Shown here: positions 22,277 to 34,499 of the stretch, piece by piece
Numbering within the stretch: the first letter of the stretch is position 1
How the letters are laid out: each line of letters opens with the position of its first letter
Source: Cyanophora paradoxa CCMP329
Lineage: Eukaryota > Plantae > Glaucophyta
Direction: 5' to 3'
DNA: 64,000 nt
NCBI GenBank assembly: GCA_004431415.1
Contig: QPMI01000638.1
Span: forward strand, 124,001 to 188,000
Program-made: the position numbers and the translations under genes
Notes under the pieces: model-generated
What the model was told of the DNA's origin: nothing
The model's input: only the letters and a program-made list of their open reading frames with translations
Database searches by the model: none

Positions 22277-23805
22277 ATGTGGTCCTCCCTGGCGGCCGCG
22301 CTCGATGCAGGCAAGGCGGCGACACAGGCGGCGACGAGCAAACTAGCTTCCGCCATCGACGTCGGCAAAGGGATCGTCAAGGAGGCGACCGCAGACGCGC
22401 TGAACGCGGCGAAGCAGCACTTGCCGCACGACCTAAGCGCAAAGGGCGTCAAGGACGTTCTCCTCGCGCCAGTGCTCCTCGCCGAGAGCGCTGCGTCAAG
22501 CTCCGCGAAGAAGTTGGATGGAGCCTCTGAAGAAGTTGTTGCGGGGCCGTCCTCGCAGGCAGCTCCGCAAGACGCAGCTGCGGCGGATCCTCAGGCGGGC
22601 GGCGACGTTGATGCTGGGGACCCGGATGCGAGAGTTTTCAAGGTGCTACGCGCCCTGGATAGCGGGATGGAGCGGGGCGAGCAACTCCTCAACTCGGCGA
22701 GCCGGGCAATTTCAAAACTCTCCGCGGCATTGCCGGCGGAGGATCTACAGCACTTTTCCGCGTCAGCCACCGCCGCTGCACAGCAAAAGGCTGCTGTGTT
22801 GGCGCACAACGTTAACCTAATAACGTCCGGAGCGGCGGGCCTGGTTGGCGGCGCTCTTGCGTCGCTCGCCGGTAGTGTGGCCGCTGCTACAGCCCAGTCC
22901 CGGCCTCGGCCGGAGCAGCCAGAGGCGGAGCCTGTTGATGTGCAACTGCAGCCAAGCTCAGCAGCTGCAACAGGGGAGGCGGCTGCTTCAGGCGCAGACT
23001 CGACGAGAGAGGATATGGACTTCGAGCAGACTTTGCAGGCGGAGGTTCAATCTTTCGCGGCTTCACTGCCTGCAAGCACTGGGGGTGATCCGTGGGTGTC
23101 TTTGGTGAGTTTGAGAGACACCTAATTGGTATCGACGCACCTAATGTTTTGCAGCCTGAGCAAATGCCAGATGAACTTCCGGAGAACGCAAAAAAGCTGC
23201 AAAGTGCACACAAGTCAGCAATAGACTCGATCTGTGCCGACCCTGCCGAGGGAACCCCCCTCCAAAAATTTGCAGTCAAACAGCAGGTGCAGTGGTTTTG
23301 TTTTATGTTTTCTGGAAACGCGTTATTTTCTGTTTCGCCAATAGTTGACACAGCTGCAGTTCTTGAAAGCAGCTCGGGAAATCGTAAAAGCGCTTGGTGA
23401 TTTTTGTAATGGGCGGAATCTGTTTGCCGATCCTCACTAGAAAGAGCAGGTTCTGCTATCCAAGCAGCTGTTCAAGACGGTTCAAGTTGGACGGTTCAGG
23501 CTGCGACTGTGAAGCTCGCATATGAGAGCGCGGCAGCCCACAGCGCTATCATGCAGCAGAAATATATGAAATTTGTTCAAGATGCAGCCCAGCAGAAGCG
23601 TGAGGATGGCAGTGCAAGCACCTCCGAGATTGACGATATGGTATGGTTTTCTCCCGCAAAGCCGCATTCTGTACTAATTTTGCAGCAGATGTACTCCATA
23701 ACGACTGATATTTACCTGGACGCATCCACTTTACAGAGCGCCTTGAAAGAAATCGTCTCGCAGACCTGCAATCGGATGCCAAGAAGTGCGGCTCCTAGCT
23801 CATAG
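22277..23805 (+). CDS. Hypothetical protein (possibly FAM114/DUF719-like)
   Basis: 282-aa first exon MWSSLAAALDAGKAA... followed by short exons ending ...ITTDIYLDASTLQSALKEIV...*. The family suggestion is weak and from memory. Confidence 0.55.
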
Positions 23806-24303
23806 TGCTGCTACAGCTAAAGTGGCTCCATGGTACAACAGTCCCAGATCAAGAGCTCAGCAACTGCGAAAGTTTTCAAGGTGCTACGCGCCCTGGATAG
23901 CGGGATGGAGCGCCTGGAGCGCGGAACGGTAAGGGAGGAGGGGAGGGGGGTGGCCGCAAGCCTTCAACACTCTCCGCCTACCAACGTTAACAATACGATG
24001 CCTCTGCCATGTAGGGGTTGAGCGTTCCGCCCCTAGCTTCGGGTCGTGGGGGGAATATTAATGGCCGGACCCCCCAGCCCTCAATAACGGACCACGTGTA
24101 GATTACAGCTGCAGATGCAACTAGCCGCGCTAGCATACATCCAGCCCATCTCACCTCAAAGCAAAGCTGAAGTCACGTGCACGTTTTCTTACTCTGTGGC
24201 CTGGAGACATAACTAGCCCTAAGAAAGCACATCGAGCTCTTCTACCTCGAATCCGATCGTGCGAAGCCTTGAAGGGATGCAAGGAAACTGGATAGTGTGT
24301 AGT

Positions 24304-26184
24304 GCAAATCAAGTCCAACCTCCGAGGCTCCCGGCCCAAATTAAAGTCGACGCCCAGCCCCACGGGCCATGGCCCAAACGTTAACTAGGCCGGGCTGAGG
24401 CTGGCGATATACCCACAGCCCGGCGGACACTATGGCCCCCACGAGGCTGAGGCTGGCAGAGTCTAAGCTCGACCTCGATAGCGCTAGCTGGGGTTGCAAT
24501 TGGGGCGGGGGCTTTGATTTGGATCTGATCATGAGCCTCGGAGCTTTTGATCACGACTTTTATTTGGATCTGAGGCTGGCAGACTTAAGACTTCGATTTG
24601 GATTTGGGCCCTCTAAATTTTTGATTGCGACTTTGATTTGGATCTGCCAGGCTGAGGCTGGCAGACTCTCAGAGTCTGGCTCGGCGCTCTGGCACTCTAT
24701 TAGCTTGGCTCAGCGCCGGCTACCCGGGTACGTATACCTGGCCCAGTGGCGCACTGCGGCAGGCTTGGTCTTAGCCTAGTAGGCTTGGTCTGGAGCTGAT
24801 CGTAATCGTAATTCTAGATCTTGAGCTTCGCTTCCATGTCTAGCTGATCGTAATCGTAATTCAATGATTCTCGGCTTCTTAATGCTCCCTCTTCAAGGCT
24901 TGGCCGTAATCGTAAGAACGTAATCGTGGCCCAGTGGTCCGACGGTCGTATACGTAATCGTAATTCAATGATTCTTGGCCCAGTGGCTCGTAAGAACTTC
25001 GGAAGCCTCTTGGCTCCATATGGTCGACGTCTGTGTCTGGCTGATCGTAATCGTAATTCTTGGCTTCTTAGCTTAGCTTGGTCTGATCGTAATCGTAATT
25101 TCTTGTTTTGGGTTCGCTGTCGTAGTCGTGGATTCGCTAGCTCTCTTTTGGCTGAGCCGGTGGTCATGCTGCAGCGGCTGCCACGCCTGCGATGTCGTGT
25201 GCCGCCAACCCGTCTTATGTGGCCGTCTGCAGCCCCCTGATTGCACGCGTACGCACGTGAGGGCTGATCGTAATTCAAAAGTTCTGATCGTAATCGGTAT
25301 CGTGATTCTTGGCTCCTTAGCTTTAAGCCTCATCGTAATTGATGCAGGCTTCAAATTGCAACAAATCTTCAGGGCTTCATACTGCTCTTCAAATTATTTG
25401 AAAGCCGGCCTAGATTTACAGATACAACGTGTTTACGCTGAAACTTCACGTCTAGCGCATACTGCTTTTCAAATTCTGTAGGCCGACCTTCACGCTCTTT
25501 AGCTCCGCCGCGGCCGAATCTATTGATGCCTGCTGATCGTCCTGCATTTTGATCGTTAGCTGTCGTTTGAAGAGAAGCGAGAGAGCGGACCGCCATCCGG
25601 ATCATCGCGTCGATCTCCGCGTCTTTGCGCAGCGCTGACGGGGAGTCCTTCTGCAGTGACGCCGAGATCTGAGCAAGGCGGGCCTGGGCATCTGCTGAGC
25701 TTCTCGAGCTCTGCTGTATTCCGCGGCTAGGCTTGGCCCCCGCTGCTAGCGCTGGCTGCCGCGCGTTGGCCCCTTTCATACGTACGCGCTGACCTGGGAA
25801 CGATATACAGCTGGTGTCGCTGGGCCGAGGGGAGCTGAGCGTGGTTGGATCGGCTAGCGAGTCGTAGATAGCGATAGCGGCCCGGCGCCGGCGGCTAGCG
25901 GACCAAGTAGTAGCGGTGCTCCTGCGGGTACTGGAATCAACTTTTTTGAAAACTTTGAAAACTGATTCAATTTGCAACCATGATATGCGTATACGTACGT
26001 GCCGGACAAAGAATGAAAGTTTAATTATATATATATACCCTCGTCAGAATTCGAACGAAATCGTGATCATATGATCATGATCAAAGGCGACATGTACAGC
26101 CCTCCGGTTGCTCCACTGTATCACCCCTAAGGGCCCGGTGCATGCCGTGTTCCAGCACATAGCTTGTAGCTACCGTGCACGTCT
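24304..26184. mobile_element. Degenerate repeat-rich insert
   Basis: Clusters of GATTTGGA, CTGAGGCTGGC and CGTAATCGTAAT motifs. Flanked by related copies of an exon unit (24236-24303 and 26186-26246). Confidence 0.4.
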
Positions 26185-26191
26185 AGCTCTT

Positions 26192-28509
26192 CTACCTCGA
26201 ATCCGATCGTGCGAAGATATGCAAGGGAACCGGATGGTGTGTAGCGCCTAAAGGCTCTTGTAGTGGATCTCTGAAAAGCCCTGAGAAAACACATCTAAAT
26301 CTTCTACCTCGAATCTGAACGTGTGAAAGGATGCAAGGGAACCGGATGGTGTGTAGCGCCTGAAGGCTCTTGTAGTGGATCTCTGAATGCCCCTTCGGAA
26401 GCGCTGCGTGCGAGCAGACGGCTCTCTTGCTCTCCATCATTTGGTTCGAAGGCTTCGCCTTGTTTTCTTCGCCTGAAATTGCGATGTGGCTTTGGATTAG
26501 GAGGGGGGCGGGGCTTCAGATCCTGCAAGCCAGCAGCAGCAGCAGCAGCAGAACCCTCCGTAGCAGGGGAGCGAACAAATGGCAGGGGTCTCATGCCTTG
26601 TGCCCCAGAAGAACTAGCGAGGTGTAAGTGAGATCTCTGTGGAGACAGCAAGAAAGAGCTCACCGGGCAACTGAAGGCTTGCGTGGTTGGGCTGTAGATG
26701 GCTGCAGCTGCGACGGTTCCTCTAGCGGTGGACAATCTTGCTCACTGGATCTCCCGCTGCCGCGATCTGCATGCTGCACCGAGAGCGAGGGCTGTGCATC
26801 ATCGATGACAGGTTCGTCGCGGTGTAGTGTTGGTTCAGAGGGTTGAATGTCCTCCTTGTGCTTCTCGCTCACATTCTTGTGAGCAAAAGCTCGTCCAGGA
26901 GGCGTTCCAGCCCCTAGGTCTTCTCCATTCGAAGCCAATGATCTGCCTTTGCTACCCTGTCGGGGGTTGAGCAAAGAATGCCATCCACCAGAAGGGTGTT
27001 GCACCGATTGCACTTGAAATGCATTCAAGGGGTCTATGTCTCCAGCAAAGGCTGCATGAATGTCCATTGCTGCGCATGGTCATTCCATCACAAAAACGTT
27101 TGGCCAGTGCTGTCATGAGCATCTAACCTGCTTCATGAATGGCGTGACGAAGTTCAGTGGACAAGAGGTTCTCGTCACTGCTGACTGTGAATTCCAGAGC
27201 TGGATCTACATCAGAAACAGAACACATTGTAGCAACCATCACAAAGAACGCCATATTGCACCTGCGGATGCTTCCCCTCTGCAGTTCCCAACAAATTCAT
27301 CAGTTCAGGACGGAGGTCTGTGATCTACTTCAACTTACCTAGCTTCGGCAGCCATGTTTACTCCGGGGGCAAATGCACCCTGATCAATAAAATTAGCAAA
27401 TAGAATCAGCCCACCTGTCCAAGAGATGATCGGCACCGAGTTTGTACGGAGAAATACCAGAAGGCACAGATGAACAGGTGTCTGCAGATAGAGCAAGGAA
27501 ATAGCAACGGGGGCGAGTGGTGACTTGGAGAAACTCGGTGTAGGCCGGAGCACATGAAGTGGATGCGTTAGCTTTACGTCCCGAGTATCATGTTGATCCA
27601 CCAGGTGGCATGAGATAGCATTCCAGAGAGCAGATCTACGGAGTCCCGGCGTGCTGCCACCCTGAATCGTGGTGTCAATGCCTTGAACATTTCAGGGAAA
27701 GCACATCTCGTACTGGTTGCACAGGGTTAGCATGCTCCAGTGCCACGCTTCCATCTCGGGGATTCACAAGGGCGACGCGAAAAACACCTTCACAGCAGAA
27801 CAGGCGTGTCATCCAGTTCCTTTCGGCGCCGAAATCGCCAAGCAGGGGGCTGAGACAAAGGCACATCATTTACTGCCGCCATTTGAAGGAGACAGTACCT
27901 ACCGGACGTAGCCATCCTCAAAGCTACGAAGGGCAGGGATTGTCTCCTCTGCACATGGATCGTTTTCGGCGGAAGCGGATAGCTCGTTCTACCTCAGCGT
28001 CAATCGGGCAGTTCAAATTTCAGCACTGCAAAGAGCTCGCCTTCACGGAATACAGCTGCATGCGTTGATCGACCTCCGCGCGCTCCAACGCCGCATGCTC
28101 AGAGAGCATGGCTCCGAAAAGTCGCTCCAGCAAGCTCACGACCTGCACGGCCTTCTGATGGAGGCCACTCGATATCAGGTGCCAGCAGACGCAACCTCGA
28201 CTCCGGGTCACGAACCAGACGCGCTGCCGCGTAGTGCTCGTGAGCTGCATGGAAAATGGCGGCCCCGACATATGCGCCCTCTGCAAGCGCTACGCCATGC
28301 CCGTGCAGCTTGACGAAGCTGGCGCAGCTGCGAGCGAGAGTGAGTACGTTCAGGAAAAGGGGGCGGGGCGCGTGCCCGTTCGAGAAGCGCTGCAGCGTCA
28401 CAAGCAGGTTGCAGAGGACAGAGACGCGCATGCGAAGAGCGCCCCCCCTCCGGCTGCGGCAGGCCAGCAAGCACTTGCCCATCTTGCTGAAGACCACGCA
28501 CTCTTCCAT
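26192..28509 (-). CDS. Multi-exon hypothetical protein, possible N-terminal longin-like fold; tandemly repeated 3' exons
   Basis: Starts MEECVVFSKMGKCLL...; many GT-AG introns. The 3' exon unit FRDPLQEPxGATHHPVPLHxFxRSDSR|gtagaag is present twice (26190-26400) and again partially at 24240-24303. 3' end uncertain. Confidence 0.5.
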
Positions 28510-28642
28510 GTGTTCAACTCCCGGCTTATCCCTTTGTGCGGCTGCATGCAATGTACCGAGCTCGAGAACCGCAGGATCACGTGTAGCTAATAGCTAGCCA
28601 AAGTCAGCACAATGTTGGAGGTCGGGGGTACAAAGACAAACC

Positions 28643-29470
28643 ATGAAGCGGAGAAAGGGCGAGAAGGACGCAGCGGTGTCGAAGAACGACCGACCAGATG
28701 ACGCGGAAGAAGACAAGAAGCAAGCGGGGCCGAAGGCGAAACCGGGCCTGTTCTCGCCCGGCAGCGTCCTGGTCCCCATCTTCATCCTCTTAGCGCTGGT
28801 ATGCCTCTCGCCAAAGACCTGCACGTCCAATGCGCTATGTGCGCTTGATCGACTCGCGCTCGCGCAGGGAGCGCTGTCGCTGTATGCATACAAGTACACG
28901 GAGGATCACCCGGGTTCGCGTCGTCTAATTTGTCGCAATTAGGCGAGCGCGAGCTCACGCCGTGCAGAGTTCTTTGTACGCGCTCCGAGCGAGCACAACG
29001 GCACCTACAAGTTCACGGCGGAGGAGCTTAGGTACTGCGCGCCCGCGGCCTCGAGACGCGCGCTCATTGTTGCAGATACTACAATGGTGAGCAGAACAAG
29101 CGCGCACCTCTTTACGTATCCATACGCGGCAACGTGTTCGATGTGTCGCGCGGCTGGAAGCACTACGCGCCCGGAAGGCCCTACCACTACTTCAGTGCGA
29201 ATGTGCTTCTGGGGCACTCCTTTACGTGCCCCTGACCATCCTTCCGACCAGCGGGGAGAGATGCATCGCGTGCTTTCGTGACTGGTTGCACGGAGGGTGA
29301 GTGCCTGACGGAGAACCTGGACGGTTTGTCTGCCGAGGAGCTGAAGGCCATCGACGATTGGGTGGAGGTACCTCCAATTTCAAAAGCAGTCTATTGCGGC
29401 ACACTGACCAGGCCCGCAGTTCTACCACAAAACGTACAAGAAAGTTGGAATTCTGGTCAGCAGGAACTAG
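28643..29470 (+). CDS. MAPR/neudesin-type cytochrome b5-like heme/steroid-binding protein
   Basis: N-terminal TM VLVPIFILLAL; FTAEELR/YYNG; GNVFDVSRGWKHYAPGRPYHYF; GRDASRAFVTG; LDGLSAEELKAIDDWVE/FYHKTYKKVG. Confidence 0.9.
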
Positions 29471-29490
29471 AATTCTGGTCAGCAGGAACT

Positions 29491-29825
29491 CGCGCTTTCC
29501 CCGAGTGCGTGCCTTCGATTTCGATTTCAGGGCGCTTCAATTCCGATCTGACCCCCCCTCCGCGCGTGCGCCGCCCCCCCCGCGCGCAGGCTACCGACGG
29601 GTCCCGGCCCCGCCGGCCCTGCAGGAACTCCCACCGCCCAAGAACGACGATGCGATGCTGCACACGACACGCGCGCGGCTTAGGCTGTGCGGGGGTGGAG
29701 CGTTACTCCCCTTACGGGCCTCGGGGGGGAACGGCCGGGCCGGCAACGGCGAGGGCCGCACCTTCCTACGCGTAGCCCAGACAGGCGTAGTACACAGCTA
29801 GCTAGCTCTGTCTACGCTGAACGCA
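29491..29825 (+). repeat. ~330-bp dispersed repeat R3, copy A
   Basis: Near-identical to 33794-34120 and 34500-34833. Contains an intron-like segment (gtgcg...ctgacc...cgcag). Confidence 0.9.
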
Positions 29826-30058
29826 GTCCGATATCGTCCCGATATGTCGTGCTGGCGCCACGGCCGCGGTGCCCAAGTGCACATGTAGCCCAACGCAATG
29901 CTGCATGCGCATGGGCTGCATGGGCCGGGGGGGCTGCATGGGCCCGCGCCGCGGCGGCAACGTGTACGTACTGTCCGTACTACGTATATACAGCGTACAC
30001 ATGCACCCACAGGGCGGGCACCCGTAGCTATATATATTCTAGATCTAGCGCTAGCTAG

Positions 30059-30249
30059 AGTGTCCGTGGGGAGGCACATTACTCTCCTTACTAAGTTAGG
30101 GGGCCACACTGTGACACAGGGCGCGGTCGGCCAGTTCCCTGGTGGGCTGGGCCCGCGCGCGGCGCCGGCTGCAGAGGCCGCAATGTACATTTCCGGGTTC
30201 CCACACTTGTAGCCCGGAATTGCGTTTTTAGTCAGTGTCCAAATGCTCA
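30059..30249 (+). repeat. Dispersed intergenic repeat R1 (reference-like copy)
   Basis: TGTCCG.GGGGAGG..CATTACTC...GGGGGCCAC...GGTCGGCCAGTT...GGTGGGCTGGGCCCG...CCCACACTTGTAGCCCGGA...GTGTCCAAATGC. Related copies at 58935-59150, 49821-49964 (inverted), 48180-48303, 55264-55510, 16745-16900 and 19875-20030. Confidence 0.85.
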
Positions 30250-30352
30250 AATGAAGCTTGCACCGGACAAAGCTAAATAAAAACAAGGAGTCCAAGCCAC
30301 GTAGCCATATCTGAAATGCATAGGTATTTCGTGTAAAGGATATGATTACGAT

Positions 30353-31654
30353 TTACAGGAATGGGTATATCAGAAACTCTGTGTAGAACAATTTCCAGAT
30401 GAACTGGTAGTACTGTACAAGGCTCGTTTTGGTCTCCTCAACGGACTGTATCCGTTTGAGGAGGATGGCAATGATGGCAGCGTGCACTCCAATCATCAAC
30501 CACCAGCGCTTGAAAGAGCTCCGGAACATGATCGGCAGAGCGATGGCAGCAACGTAGTTCACCATCAATATTGCAGCAGATATATTGACCATTGTCTTGG
30601 CTCCGAGCTTGGAAGCAAAGGTCTTCACACTGAACATGCGGTCACCTTCAATGTCGGGCAAGTCCTGAGACTGGAGTCAATGCCTTTATCGCGCATAGTC
30701 ACCTGAGAAGGCACCTTCGTAATGGCAATAACAAGAGCAAACAACGACATGAAGAAGGTGAGGAAGACAACGGCAGGATTCCAGGAGAACGGGACACCCA
30801 GTGCTTCTGTTGTCGCGTAGTACACCCCAAAGTTGAGCAAAAAGCCTCGCACTGTTGCAATGCTGAGAGCCGCAAATATGGGGTTCTGCCTCCAGCGGAA
30901 CGGAGGGACAGAATAGAGAGTGCCCAGCAGGGTGCCAAAAGCAAACAGCTTGAACGTCAGGCCAGGGAAGTTGAGGTATGTAAGTCCCAGGCCCATGGTT
31001 CCACATGCGAGAACGAGAAACCACGCCATGTTTTTCCCCATCTCTCCTGAGGCCATGGGCAAGAATGGCTTGTTGACCTGCAAAACAGAAAGCAGATGAG
31101 CTATTCAATTGCAAGCTTAGGAACGGTGCTCGATCTGTGCAAACCTTATCGATATCAACGTCGAAGATCTGATTGATGCCGACAATAAAAGCGTTGCCAC
31201 AGAGAAGGCACACGAGCCCAATGATGGCCTTGGGCACAAGACGGAGATCAATGCGGGAGCGGTTCTCCCACAACGCACGGCCCGTGCCCGCGATCACAGC
31301 GAGAATCGTTCCGCGGATCGTGTGTGGCCTCGTGAACTTGTAGAAAGCTTTCAGGAACTTCGTGATGCGATCTGGTACGGGGGCCGGGGAAGACTGCATC
31401 GCTTCCACCAACACACCGGTGCCAGTGCCGGCGATCTCCTGTTTTCGGACTTGAAATCTCCGCGCGAAGCTCTCTCCGCGCTGCCATGGCGCGACGAACT
31501 CGCTGCACAACAGTCGGGGCCGCCGCGCAGATGGGATCCACGTTGCGTCTGCGGGAGAGGCGCAATTACAAAGCAAGCTTGTTTAGATTGGGTGCATTCG
31601 AACCGCTGGCCGGGGCGGGAGGCCGGCGGCGGCGTGCCGAGAGTATGGGTGCAT
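30353..31654 (-). CDS. HST: Homogentisate solanesyltransferase (UbiA prenyltransferase family; plastoquinone synthesis)
   Basis: FYKFTRPHTIRGT, LLCGNAFIVGINQIFDVDIDK/VNKPFLPMASGE, YSVPPFR, IATVRGFLLNFGVYYAT, IAITK/DLPDIEGD, YYQFIWKLFYTEFLIYPFL*. First exon and start uncertain. Confidence 0.93.
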
Positions 31655-31969
31655 GCCTGGCGCGCACGGTGAGGAGCGCGCGAGGGGGGCCACAGACTCT
31701 CGTGCGTCGTAGCTAGGACGTTATCCCGATCACGGTGCTGACCGCAGCATCCGCGCGCGCACGTCGGCACGCGCGCACCTTGTTCGGGCTTGCTCGAACG
31801 CGCCGTCGGCCCCGCAGCATCCGAGCTGCTCGCTGCCGATACGGGGCGGCGCTAGAAGCGCCACAGCGAACGCTGGTTCGCGCATCTTTAGTCGCCTGTA
31901 CCCCCTTGCACAGCTTTTGAGTGAAAAGCGGCTAGTCTGAGCCGCCTAGCAAAGGGAAGTTTGCTCAAA

Positions 31970-33090
31970 ATGGTGTCTACTACGAACAAGGTCGTTCGCT
32001 CGACGCTGGGCTTCGCAAATGTCATCTACCTGTGAGTCTCCGTGCAGCGTGCCCGTTGGGCCGCGGCGCTTCCTTCCTAGCTGACGCATTCGCAGAATCG
32101 GAGCTATCATTCTCATCGCCGTGGGCAGCTGGGCAAAATCGAAGGGCTCCGGGAATCTGGTGGGAGCAGTCGGGAAGTGCGTTCCCGCGCTCCACCGCGT
32201 AGCTTTCAGAAGAATAATCGTTTTCCGCTCATGCAGCACGAACCTGCCCGTCGGCATGATCGGTGTGAGCTTGCGTCGCTCCGCGGCGCGACGCGGGTTG
32301 ACGCCCCGCCGCAGTGATGGGCGTCTTTCTTTTCTGCCTTGGAGTCCTTGGCATTGTGAGTGCGAAGACGACGAACAAGATTCTCCTGGCCATCTACGCA
32401 TTCTTCACCTTCCTGAGTGCGCCGCGCTGGGCTTTGCCGCACTGGTAGCGTTAAGCGCCCCGCAGTTATGATCATTGTCTTTGCGATCACTATCGGTACG
32501 TACCCTTTGCGATCACTATCGGTACGTATATGGGTGTGACCTTTCGAATCGAGTGCGGCCGCAGCGCTGTTCGTCGTCGCTGCAAGTTTTAGTGACCCCA
32601 CAAACTTGTACAATGAATACAAGGCCGTCGTGAAGAGTCAGCCGATTGTAGCCTGCGACTTCTTCAGGGGCCTTTGTTCGCTCTGCCCTCCCGCTTGTCT
32701 TGCCTGCAGCCTGACCGGACCTCCAGCCTGCTCCGGGTTTCTGAACCCATGCAACGCATCGGGTGTTGTCATCCCTGAGGAGTGCCCGGCCTCGTGCACA
32801 AACTATTGGCCGGCATCTCAAGGGTGCTACTCTCTTATCAAGGGCGAGGTGCGCATGAATGCGCCCTTAGCCTACTGGATGCGCATGAATAAAAAACACA
32901 GGTTTCTTCTTCCTTTAACGCCCTCGCCGCCATCTCCCTCATCATTGATCTCGTTCTGGTCCGTGCCATTTTCTTCGGATCTTGTCTGTTTTGTCACCTT
33001 TTTTTTCAGCTGGTCGGATTCCTCTTCTCTCTCTTCACGTGCTGCACTCCTGCAGAGAAGGACTACCTCGCCTCGCGTGATGGGCTTTAG
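31970..33090 (+). CDS. Tetraspanin-like 4-TM protein
   Basis: TM1 LGFANVIYL/.GAIILIAVGSW; TM2 VMGVFLFCLGVLGIVSAKTTNKILLAIYAFF; TM3; Cys-rich large loop ending QGCYSLIKGE; TM4 FNALAAISLIIDLVL/LVGFLFSLFTCC...*. Confidence 0.8.
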
Positions 33091-33179
33091 ATGCTTCTGG
33101 ATCCAGGGTCTGTATCCAGTCTGTACAGAACAGAGGATGCACTTCACGTGCCCTCAACAGTTGGTGTACACGCCGCCAT

Positions 33180-33298
33180 CGTGCTCCCTAGGGTCGAAAA
33201 TGGGTACCTAGGTCTAGAAATTTTGTCTATAAAATCAATTTGAAGTTCGCCACAAGATACGCACAGACCTAAGGGCCTCTCCTTTCCCCAAGGCCGAC
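33180..33298. repeat. ~120-bp segment homologous to right end of the 17.0-19.7 kb insert
   Basis: CGTGCTCCC.AGGGTC.AAAATGGG...ACAAGATAC..ACAGACCTAAGGGCCTCTCCTTTCCCCAAGGCCGA is shared with 19591-19708. Confidence 0.85.
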
Positions 33299-33793
33299 TA
33301 TGCTATTGGACGAAAGTTGGACGAAAGTCGCGTGCGTTGGTCTTCATGCGTATACGTACCCCTGCACGCACAACAGACCAGCGCTAGCCACGCCGATATC
33401 AATCCCAGCCACATACGTCTAGGCCGAGGTACTGTACTGCACCGTCAATGTTTCAGAGTCACTTGCGCACACTGACGCGCGCACCAGCTTTCACAACGCA
33501 GGCGCAGATGAACACTCCCTCGGTGCGGCCGTGCGACATGCGCGCGTACGCTACGGTCACCGTCCGCGTGCAAAGGGTCCGCGCCGTCCCAGCGCGCCGC
33601 CCGCGTTGGAATGCCCTCGGGTCAACCCCGTGCGTTCAGGCACTCGCACTGGGAGGCCCGCCAATCTACCCTCGCGGAGCGTGGATTGGAACCCCTGGGT
33701 GCCCGCCCCGCCTCCGATCTCGCGTGCGCTGTCTGACCCCCCTCTGCGCGCTTCTGCCGCCCCGCAGAATCGACCAGGGAGGGATCGCGCTTT

Positions 33794-34120
33794 CGCGCTT
33801 TCCCCGAGTGCGCGCCTTCAATTTCGATTTCCGATCAATTCCGATCTGACCCCCCTCCGCGCGTGCGCCGCCTCGGCCCCGCAGGCTACCGACGGGTCCC
33901 GGCCCCGCCGGGCCTGCAGGAACTCCCACCGCCCAAGAACGACGACGCGATGCTGCGCACGACACGCGCGCGGCCTAGGCCGTGCGGGGGTGGAGCGTTA
34001 CTCCCCTTACGGGCCTCGGGGGGGAACGGCCGGGCCGGCAACGGCGAGGGCCGCACCCTCCTATGCGTAGCCCAGACAGGCGTAGTACACAGCTAGCTAG
34101 CTCTGTCTACGCTGAACGCA
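33794..34120 (+). repeat. R3 copy B (with additional upstream exon/intron-like sequence from ~33640)
   Basis: Sequence identity with copy A. Confidence 0.9.
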
Positions 34121-34499
34121 GAACAGAACCGTACTCCAGAGCCTGTGCTGTTGCCGAGCATGCCTGGCGGGGAGCCTACAAGAGATGCGTTATCGCAGAT
34201 CTCTAGATCAAAGGCCCCTGATATCGATCACGAGGCGTCGTAATTATAATCGTAATCGCAGATGAAAGCCTTTGAAGGCGTCGTAATTATAATCGTAATC
34301 GCAGATCATGATCAAAGCCTTTGAAGGCGTCGTAATTATAATCGTAATCGCAAGCTTAAGATCAATTGCAAAGGCGTCGATCGTAATCGTAATCGCATGC
34401 ATGCGCATATGCGCATGGCCATGGCCAGCTGGTCTGGTCTGGTCTGGCCATCTGGTTCATACCCCCGGCCCCCCCCCCCCCCCTTCAATTTCCCCCCCC

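Noticed and set aside
32849-33147. Tetraspanin truncated by an insertion, or a minus-strand 91-aa ORF
   Set aside because: Two further plus-strand exons (from ~32902 and ~33010) supply TM4 and a stop at 33090. The minus ORF is just their antisense.
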